A DNA stretch of 64,000 bases from Patescibacteria group bacterium (lineage in GTDB: Bacteria; Patescibacteriota; Patescibacteriia; JAHIZJ01), in assembly GCA_041650335.1 (NCBI GenBank), contig JBAZLK010000004.1:15990-79989 (forward strand), written 5' to 3'. The notes beneath the pieces are model-generated. The model saw only the letters and a list, made by a program, of their open reading frames with translations, made no database searches and was not told the origin of the DNA. This document shows positions 50,069-56,980 of this stretch, piece after piece. The translations under genes were made by a program, and so were the position numbers. The stretch's first letter is position 1. Each line of letters opens with the position of its first letter.

Positions 50069-50278
50069 GACCGAATCCTCCCCTTTTCAAACCGTGTGAC
50101 TGTCTATGCCGTTTGGTTAGCCGTCTATCTGTAGAACCAGTGACTTGGATCCGTAGATGAAATGTCAATTTGCATCAGTGAGCTTGCGTTGTCGCTTCCT
50201 ACCGCGTGCAAGAGAGCTCACACGTCCAGTACGATTCGCATCGTCCTAAACGTGGCAAGACCTCTTGCGAGGTTTGCC

Positions 50279-51193
50279 TTATTCGAAATTTTGAAATTCC
50301 TCTTCCGGGCCATTCCAAAGCGGTCGGTTCGGGATCGTTTCCGGCGTATCCTTCAGATGGTCGTAGATCGTTCGAATTTTCGTATTGCCTGTATCTTTAT
50401 TCGGTGCAATCGGCTTGCCTTGCCGAACGGTTTCTGGAGTAATTTCGTTTATCGGTTCGAGCGGTTGTGCTTTTGGTATGTATTCTTGAAACATAAAATT
50501 GTTTTCGGCCGGCAACGGCTGTTCAAACGGCTGCTCAGGTACCGCTTCAGCAGGTGCCCTGTCGGCAGTCAACGGCACCGTTTCTTGATTTTTTGATCGC
50601 ATGGCGAGCAGTACCGAGTAGCCGATTGAGCCGCCCAAGCCGAGTAAGATACCGGCGGCCAGATTCAAGGCGATGTTCGGCCGGACCGGCTGATTGCTCG
50701 TGGTCGGATAATCAACGATTTTCAAGACGATTGAATTTCCGCCACCGAGATACTCCGTGCCATTCTCAGACAAGACCATGGCGATGGCATTGGACAGGCT
50801 TTCTGCTTGAGAACGGTTTTGATTATATACCGCCATCTTTATTACTCCGATATCCGGTGAAACGCGAGTTTCAATCTGTCGTTTCCATTGCTCGCGACGC
50901 TTAATTTCGTCTGACGGAAATTTTATATCGGAACTCAGGTAGCCTGAATTCACAACCTTATCGTAGAACGAGGTTGTGTAAATCATTTGGCCAAGCGAAA
51001 CGCTCAGACGTTCGGCTGATTTGGCCGCAGAATAGGCGTCGAGATTCGGATCCTTTTCAATGACAAGCAATGAAAAAGAAGACCGGTATTCGAACGGCTG
51101 TACAAACGTGAATATTACGGCCAAGGCCAGCGTCGTAACCGATACCAGCGTTATCATTAGCCAATTTTGCTTGATCTTCGCTAAATAGTTCAT
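50279..51193 (-). CDS. Wzz-like polysaccharide chain-length determinant / PCP family protein
   Basis: N-terminal TM (LMITLVSVTTLALAVIF), extracytoplasmic domain, second TM (LNLAAGILLGLGGSIGYSVLL), Pro/Glu-rich C-terminal tail. Confidence 0.45.
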   Translation of the reverse strand: MNYLAKIKQNWLMITLVSVTTLALAVIFTFVQPFEYRSSFSLLVIEKDPNLDAYSAAKSAERLSVSLGQMIYTTSFYDKVVNSGYLSSDIKFPSDEIKRREQWKRQIETRVSPDIGVIKMAVYNQNRSQAESLSNAIAMVLSENGTEYLGGGNSIVLKIVDYPTTSNQPVRPNIALNLAAGILLGLGGSIGYSVLLAMRSKNQETVPLTADRAPAEAVPEQPFEQPLPAENNFMFQEYIPKAQPLEPINEITPETVRQGKPIAPNKDTGNTKIRTIYDHLKDTPETIPNRPLWNGPEEEFQNFE

Positions 51194-51245
51194 AGTGTTT
51201 TAGTCACAAACAAATTTAGTAGCTAAGTTGTCGTAAAAACATAAT

Positions 51246-51274
51246 ATACTAGCATACTAGATTAATCTTGTCAA
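51246..51274 (-). promoter_or_regulatory. Candidate promoter for Wzz-like gene (minus strand TTGACA-17-TAGTAT)
   Basis: reverse complement reads cTTGACAagattaatctagtatgcTAGTATatt, ~50 nt upstream of the minus-strand ATG at 51193. Confidence 0.35.
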
Positions 51275-51290
51275 GGCTTTCATGACAATA

Positions 51291-51316
51291 AAAGAACAGA
51301 CTCCAGAGTCTGTTTA
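51291..51316. terminator. Perfect palindromic hairpin (AACAGACTC-cag-GAGTCTGTT) acting as terminator of GT2 gene
   Basis: 9-bp perfect stem, 3-nt loop; on minus strand followed by CUUUUAUUGU. Confidence 0.5.
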
Positions 51317-51393
51317 CTTTAGTTTATTTCTCCGTGAATTACAAGACGAATTCGAACAAATATATTGGCCAATCCACACACATTCTTGCTTTT

Positions 51394-52359
51394 TTACCCT
51401 TTCCTTTTTCTCAGTCCCGAAATGGCGAATATCGGGAAATAGCTGGCAATGTAATAGAGCAGCATTTTATTCATTAGTCCCTTTTTCCTAAAATATTTTC
51501 GGCAAAATTCCCTTACCCGGGGAAATCGGTTCAGCCGAAAGGCAGCTTGTATTTCTCCCCGCAGGATCGTTGGGTTATCTGTGTTTTCCGGATCCAGACT
51601 TAAGATGGCCTGGGGCTGGAACGATTCGTACGTATCCTGTCCGCCCTTTTGCCTTTCGTGGTAGAACTGACGGGCTTTTTCTGCAAACATTTCCACTTTT
51701 CCTAAATTTCGCAGCGTCTGCGTATTGGCTCCAGAGCGGTATTGGATAAGGGTCTGCGGCAGACATACAAACTTCTTCTTTTGTGTCAGCAGTCGCAACA
51801 GTAAATCGTAATCATCGACAAAGTGCATTTTCGGACGGTAAAAAATATTTCCCGGATCATTGCGGTACATTACGCTTGAGTGGATGAAAATGTTTCTTTG
51901 CAGCAATTGTTTCGCAATAGTTTCGTGATCGAACGGCGGTCTGACAGAATCAACAACGTGTCCAGAGTCATCAATCCGATCTGCAATCGAAGCAACAAGA
52001 AATATATCAGGATGACTTTCCAAATACGCCACCTGATCATGAAGTCGATCCGGCAGCGATATGTCGTCGTGATCGTTGATGGCGATATACTTTCCCGTAG
52101 CCGAACGCAAGGCTTCGTTACGGCTAACCACCTGGCCAGTGTTTTGTGAATGTTTGTAAACGATAATGCGCCGATCACGAGCCTGGTATTTTTCAATGAC
52201 CGCGACGGTTCGATCGGTTGAGGCGTCATCAATAATAAGCAGCTCAAAGTTTTGATAGGTTTGTTTTACGAGCGCCGATATCGTCTGGCTGATAAATCGT
52301 TCGGCGTTATAGGCCGGAATGATCACTGAGACTAACGGCGTCTTGGTAACATTTTCCAT
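51394..52359 (-). CDS. Glycosyltransferase family 2
   Basis: N-terminal VSVIIPAYNAERFISQTISALVKQTYQNFELLIIDDASTDRT (GT-A DxD region); 321 aa. Confidence 0.8.
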   Translation of the reverse strand: MENVTKTPLVSVIIPAYNAERFISQTISALVKQTYQNFELLIIDDASTDRTVAVIEKYQARDRRIIVYKHSQNTGQVVSRNEALRSATGKYIAINDHDDISLPDRLHDQVAYLESHPDIFLVASIADRIDDSGHVVDSVRPPFDHETIAKQLLQRNIFIHSSVMYRNDPGNIFYRPKMHFVDDYDLLLRLLTQKKKFVCLPQTLIQYRSGANTQTLRNLGKVEMFAEKARQFYHERQKGGQDTYESFQPQAILSLDPENTDNPTILRGEIQAAFRLNRFPRVREFCRKYFRKKGLMNKMLLYYIASYFPIFAISGLRKRKG

Positions 52360-52540
52360 GAACTCTGAATTTATCCTGTTATTTCGATAATACTTTGACG
52401 ATCAAGTTAAAAAATATCACCACGAGCCCCGCCAGAATCACGAGCAGCGCCAAACAGCCGATCCCGGCGATATACATCAAACGACTCCGGTGTTTCCGGC
52501 GTTCGAGCTCAAGAGACCGTGAGTCAAGCCTTTGGTCCAT

Positions 52541-54034
52541 TTATCGAATGGAAAATATTTTTATCTTACGCAGAGCCTGGATGGCCAGCTGGAGGCGCTC
52601 CGTGCTTTGCGCGTAAATCGTGTATGTCGGATCGCCTTTTTTGATTTTGTTCCCGATGCGCTGATGCAAATGCAAACCGGCAAGTTTTTCCTCAGGGGCA
52701 CCAAGAAAGCGCGCAACATCATCAATCACCGCGTCGTCGATATCTTCCAGCGTTCCGCTCCGGTTGGCATAATATCTCTTTTTATACGCGCCGAGGGTGA
52801 CACGGTCGGCTTTGATATTTGGGTTGCCGCCTTGAAGGGCGATGATTTTCTGCATCTTCTTCCAGGCGCGGCCAGAATCTAAAATTTGATAGGCGACCTC
52901 ACGGCCCTTCCCTTTCCGGCACTGACCGCACAGTTCCAGGAGTTCGCCGGCTAACGCAATCGACTTCCGTTCCAGGTCACGCGGCCGCAAGGGATGCCGT
53001 TGCAAAACGCGCAGGACATCGCGCGCTTCCAGGGCCGGACCGACGCCGCGGCCGACCGGTTCGCGCGCCTCACGCATTTGAACTTTTATTTTCATGCCGA
53101 ACCGTTTTCCAAGATAGAGGAATTTCCGCTCGACCTCCCAGGCCAGCTTAACATTCGGGATCTTCGTCGTCGGCCCAACCGGCATATCGATAATCAAATA
53201 CTTGATCCCCATGGCGACTTTCTTGGCCATGATGCTGACAATCATCTTGTTGTAGGGCTCGATACCGAGCGGATGCGAAGCCCGGATAATCCGGTCGTCC
53301 GCCGGCGCGACGTTCAACTCGCCACCCCAAACCAAGCAGCAATTATTCTTCTTCACAAAGTTCGTTATTCGCCGAACCGTATGCTCAACAGGCGCCAGGA
53401 CTTCCATCGTATCGGCTGTGCCGGCGGCTGAGGTGACCGCACGCGACGATGTTTTTGGTATGACCAGGCCGGTCGAGGCGACAATCGGCACGACGATCAT
53501 TGAGGTGCGGTTGCCCGCTAATCCGCCGACGGAATGTTTATCTACTACCTTGCCCCGAAAATTCAAGCGTTCACCCGTTTCAGCCATAGCCTTTGTAAGG
53601 TAATACAGTTCCTCGTCTGAATAGTGGCGGGCAAAACTGCTGGCGATAAAATAGCTGATTTCGCTTTGCCCGAGCCGGCGATCAACAATGTCTTTTATAA
53701 TCGAGTATATTTCTTTGTATGACAGCCTTTTCCCGAGCAGCTTTTTAATAATGGCCTGGATCGAGGCGGGCCGCGCCAGCACCTTTACCTGGACGATTTC
53801 ACGCTGGCGCAATGGGTATTCCTCCCAGATCTCGCGAAACAACCCGATTTCCCCCGGCCGCACTTTTGAGTTCGTAAAGTCGGCTTCGGCAATGACCCGA
53901 CGCTTGCCCCAGCGTATCTCTAAATCATCGCCTGGTTGAACGCCAAAATTTCGCGCTTCTGATTCGCGCAACACCGCGACAAGCGCTCCCTCTGCTTTAA
54001 AGTCAAGTTTCTTGCTTTTTAAGAAAAATGGCAT
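52541..54034 (-). CDS. AMP phosphorylase (thymidine phosphorylase family, archaeal-type)
   Basis: 497 aa with N-terminal extension relative to thymidine phosphorylase; DKHSVGGLAGNRTS phosphate-binding motif; immediately downstream of RuBisCO and R15P isomerase genes. Confidence 0.8.
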   Translation of the reverse strand: MPFFLKSKKLDFKAEGALVAVLRESEARNFGVQPGDDLEIRWGKRRVIAEADFTNSKVRPGEIGLFREIWEEYPLRQREIVQVKVLARPASIQAIIKKLLGKRLSYKEIYSIIKDIVDRRLGQSEISYFIASSFARHYSDEELYYLTKAMAETGERLNFRGKVVDKHSVGGLAGNRTSMIVVPIVASTGLVIPKTSSRAVTSAAGTADTMEVLAPVEHTVRRITNFVKKNNCCLVWGGELNVAPADDRIIRASHPLGIEPYNKMIVSIMAKKVAMGIKYLIIDMPVGPTTKIPNVKLAWEVERKFLYLGKRFGMKIKVQMREAREPVGRGVGPALEARDVLRVLQRHPLRPRDLERKSIALAGELLELCGQCRKGKGREVAYQILDSGRAWKKMQKIIALQGGNPNIKADRVTLGAYKKRYYANRSGTLEDIDDAVIDDVARFLGAPEEKLAGLHLHQRIGNKIKKGDPTYTIYAQSTERLQLAIQALRKIKIFSIR

Positions 54035-54042
54035 CGGTTATA

Positions 54043-55284
54043 TTATCTCCAATAATGTAATGCGGTCTGTAATTCTGGATGCGTTTTCGCGTAATCCGAC
54101 AATCGTTGATGCGACGTGACGGCCTCAACGGCCTGTTTCGCCGCCCGAGCGCCAGCCAATGTCCCGCCGGGGTGGCCGTGAATGCCGCCGCCAAAGTTAA
54201 TGATCACGTCCGGTCCAATAATTTTGAGCAATTTCGGCACCAGCCGAGGATGGAGTCCGCCGGAAGCGATCGGCATGACCGGTTTTATATTTCCCCAGGG
54301 TGACTTCAAAAAGGTATTGATAGCGACTGTCTCCCGCGCCGAACCTTCCATTTTTCCAACGACTGTGCCGCTATGGAGTTGATCAACGCCAGCCAAACGG
54401 GCGAGTTTTGCGATCACGAGCATGGAAATACCGTGCTTCGGATCGCGGGTCATGACCGAATGCATGGCTCGATGAGCATGGATGATCAGTCCGGTCTTCG
54501 CCTGCCGGACCGCCTGAACACCGGCGAAACCCGCTGTCATAATATCTATCATCGCGCAGTTGCCGCCAGATTGCTTAATGAAACGCGCCCGTCGGATCAT
54601 TTCGCTGGCCGGAGCAGTAATATTAAACACACACATTTTTCGCTCACCGGTTTTCTTTTCAATTTCCTTTGCTAATCGTAGTGTTTCGCGAACCCTTTTT
54701 TGAAACGGATTAAATCGTTGATCGGTTAAATTCTCGTCGTCCTTCACGAGATCGGCCCCGCCCAGAAAACAGTCAGCGGCAAATTTCGCATGTTCGCGCC
54801 ACGACAAACCCATTTTCGGTTTCATGATCGCGCCGATGAGCGGCCGTCTTGGTACACCGAGCAGGCGCCGAATGCCAACGATACCGTGCGCCGGTCCCAG
54901 GAACGAATGAAGGAACGCCGCCGGCATTTTTAAGTCCTCAAGACGAAGCTTGGTAATGAGTTTCATCGAAAATACGTTCCCAGCGACACTCGATAAGAGT
55001 TGCGGGATATTACCAGGCTCGAAGAGTTCGAGCGGATAGGCGATCCGGACAAGCTTGTCGTTCGGCGATACGGAAATAACTTTTGCTGAGAGTCGACGAA
55101 ACATTGCCGCCTTCATCGTCTTGGTTGTCGTCCACGTGCCGACTGACGATTCGGCGGCCACGATTTGGGCACTGTCTCGCAATGGAACGGGTGATTCAAT
55201 TCGAAATGTGACGATAATATGAGTCGCCGTGTTTATGCGTTTTCCGAGGGCGAGATAATTTTGTTTGAGGTAACCGCTCTTCAT
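54043..55284 (-). CDS. rbcL: Ribulose-1,5-bisphosphate carboxylase/oxygenase large subunit, form III-like
   Basis: 413 aa; GTWTT, KPKMGLS, GGADLVKDDEN (carbamylated Lys region), RAMH, SGGLHP...FGGGIHGHP motifs; no small subunit gene; AMP-pathway neighbours. Confidence 0.9.
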   Translation of the reverse strand: MKSGYLKQNYLALGKRINTATHIIVTFRIESPVPLRDSAQIVAAESSVGTWTTTKTMKAAMFRRLSAKVISVSPNDKLVRIAYPLELFEPGNIPQLLSSVAGNVFSMKLITKLRLEDLKMPAAFLHSFLGPAHGIVGIRRLLGVPRRPLIGAIMKPKMGLSWREHAKFAADCFLGGADLVKDDENLTDQRFNPFQKRVRETLRLAKEIEKKTGERKMCVFNITAPASEMIRRARFIKQSGGNCAMIDIMTAGFAGVQAVRQAKTGLIIHAHRAMHSVMTRDPKHGISMLVIAKLARLAGVDQLHSGTVVGKMEGSARETVAINTFLKSPWGNIKPVMPIASGGLHPRLVPKLLKIIGPDVIINFGGGIHGHPGGTLAGARAAKQAVEAVTSHQRLSDYAKTHPELQTALHYWR

Positions 55285-56195
55285 TTCAGTAACCAGGGGT
55301 AATGCTTATTTACATACGCCCGCACCCGGCTCGGCTCAATCAAGCCGAATTCAGTAACAAGTCGGGTAATATTCTTCGCTGGTACGCGGTCAAATGCGAA
55401 ATTAATGATATTGACACCGACCGGCGCATCGGCCCAGACTTCTTTTGCCGACCGACGCTCAATAGGGGTGGCGGCCGATCGGCTGTATTTTAATAAACTG
55501 CAAACGATATAGACCGGGACCCCTTGTTCGGACGCCGCCAGTGTCAGGCCATAACTCCCAATTTTGTTTATTATTGATCCATCGGCGGAAATGACGTCAG
55601 CGCCGATGACAACCGAATCCATCATGAGCTCTTTGCCGGAAGCCTCGCTGACCAAAAACGGACCGGCACCGTCGACGACAATCGTAACCGGTATTCTTTT
55701 TGCCTGTAACTTCTTCGCAGTAATATGCCCCTGATACAGCGGCCGTGTTTCGGACGCGAAGACGTGAAATTTCTTTTTTTCGTGCGTTTTAACGAGAAGC
55801 TGTTCGACGGTTGACGAATGACAATGGGTGTAGACTTTGTCACCTGTTTGAATGAGGGCCCGGCCAAGGAGACTGATGCGTTCTTGGGTTTGCACCAGCA
55901 AGAGAAGGAATTCAGCGGTTGATCTTTTGAGAATGAATTTTGTCGGTTGGCGCCGGACGCGGTCCCAAACGAACCGCAGGCCGTTCTGAGCCAGTGGTTC
56001 GGTCGGCCGGTTGTTCCGCCAGAGATAGTTCCGAGCGGCCTTCATTTGAGACAGCCAGTTCGTGGTCCGTCTCAGTTGCAACCGAACGCCAAAGTCGCAA
56101 TAGGCGTTGAGCGTTGCCCGGGCAACCTCGGTGGCGCCTTGATATTTGAACGTTTGGATATCTCGCAAAACTCGATCAAGCTGTCCGTATGACAT
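55281..56195 (-). CDS. Ribose-1,5-bisphosphate isomerase (eIF-2B alpha/beta/delta-like, e2b2 family)
   Basis: 304 aa; eIF2B-like fold signature (VYTHCHSSTV, VIGADVISADGSIINKIGS); 4-nt overlap with rbcL. Confidence 0.75.
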   Translation of the reverse strand: MSYGQLDRVLRDIQTFKYQGATEVARATLNAYCDFGVRLQLRRTTNWLSQMKAARNYLWRNNRPTEPLAQNGLRFVWDRVRRQPTKFILKRSTAEFLLLLVQTQERISLLGRALIQTGDKVYTHCHSSTVEQLLVKTHEKKKFHVFASETRPLYQGHITAKKLQAKRIPVTIVVDGAGPFLVSEASGKELMMDSVVIGADVISADGSIINKIGSYGLTLAASEQGVPVYIVCSLLKYSRSAATPIERRSAKEVWADAPVGVNIINFAFDRVPAKNITRLVTEFGLIEPSRVRAYVNKHYPWLLK

Positions 56196-56222
56196 TGGCG
56201 ATACCGCAACAATTATTATGTA

Positions 56223-56588
56223 TTAGCCGAGCAGATTCTTAATCTTTTCGCACAGGTCGGCGAGTTTAAGGTTTGCCTTGACGAAATAATCCTGGGCGCC
56301 AAGCGCCTTTGCTTTCGTCACCTCGTTTGCCTCGCCAAAATTCGAAAGCATAATAACGGGAATATCCTTCGTGGCTGGGGCGCTCTTTAATTCCCGGATC
56401 ACTGAAAAACCGTCTTTTTTCGGCATCCGAATATCAAGCAGGATGAGTTCGGGCTTAAACGGCCCAACCTTTGCTAAAGCTTGGACGCCGTCCATCGCCG
56501 TTTCAACGGTATGTTTCGTTTTCCGAAGCTTATTTGTTAAGGCTTCAGATAAAAATATCTCGTCCTCAACCACGAGTATTTTCGCCAT
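56223..56588 (-). CDS. Single-domain response regulator (CheY-like receiver)
   Basis: 121 aa; acidic pocket DE...D (VVEDE, LLDIRMP), conserved K (KPF... S/T) pattern. Confidence 0.8.
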   Translation of the reverse strand: MAKILVVEDEIFLSEALTNKLRKTKHTVETAMDGVQALAKVGPFKPELILLDIRMPKKDGFSVIRELKSAPATKDIPVIMLSNFGEANEVTKAKALGAQDYFVKANLKLADLCEKIKNLLG

Positions 56589-56592
56589 CGTT

Positions 56593-56973
56593 TTAGCGTT
56601 TAGCGTATTCGTGAATCTTGTTCTTCAGTTCGTCCAGATTGGTGCGGGTTTTCACGAGATATTCAGCCGCGCCTAGATCCATGGCTTTTTTTTGGTAGCT
56701 TGTGTCGTCAAGATTCGTTAAGACGATCGCCGGGATACTCTTTAGCTCGCTGTTTTCTTTCAACCGTCGCAAAAACTCAAAACCGCTTACCCTCGGCATC
56801 AAGAGATCAACGAGAATAACATCCGGCTTCGCTGAGGCCGCCATGGCCAAACCCGCCTCACCTTCTCGAGCGACGTGAATGCTAAAGTTGTTCTTTTCTA
56901 GTTTCGTTTGCAGCGCTTTGCTGATAATCTCCTCATCCTCGACCACCAGTACGGTAATGGGTTGAGTAGACAT
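56593..56973 (-). CDS. Single-domain response regulator (CheY-like receiver)
   Basis: 126 aa; VVEDEE, ILVDLLMP phospho-acceptor Asp context. Confidence 0.8.
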   Translation of the reverse strand: MSTQPITVLVVEDEEIISKALQTKLEKNNFSIHVAREGEAGLAMAASAKPDVILVDLLMPRVSGFEFLRRLKENSELKSIPAIVLTNLDDTSYQKKAMDLGAAEYLVKTRTNLDELKNKIHEYAKR

Positions 56974-56980
56974 AGTATTG

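Noticed and set aside
46715-50168. Dozens of overlapping ORFs on both strands (for example 46674..47072, 47034..48461, 47824..48150, 48355..49038, 49025..49417)
   Set aside because: Stop-free frames are expected by chance in high-G+C DNA. Only three non-overlapping genes have signal peptides and SD-ATG starts, and the rest lack start context or coding features.
50254-50278. Hairpin GGCAAGACCTC-ttgc-GAGGTTTGCC after the Wzz-like gene as a terminator
   Set aside because: The stem has mismatches and no convincing U-run on the relevant strand, so it is not annotated as a feature.
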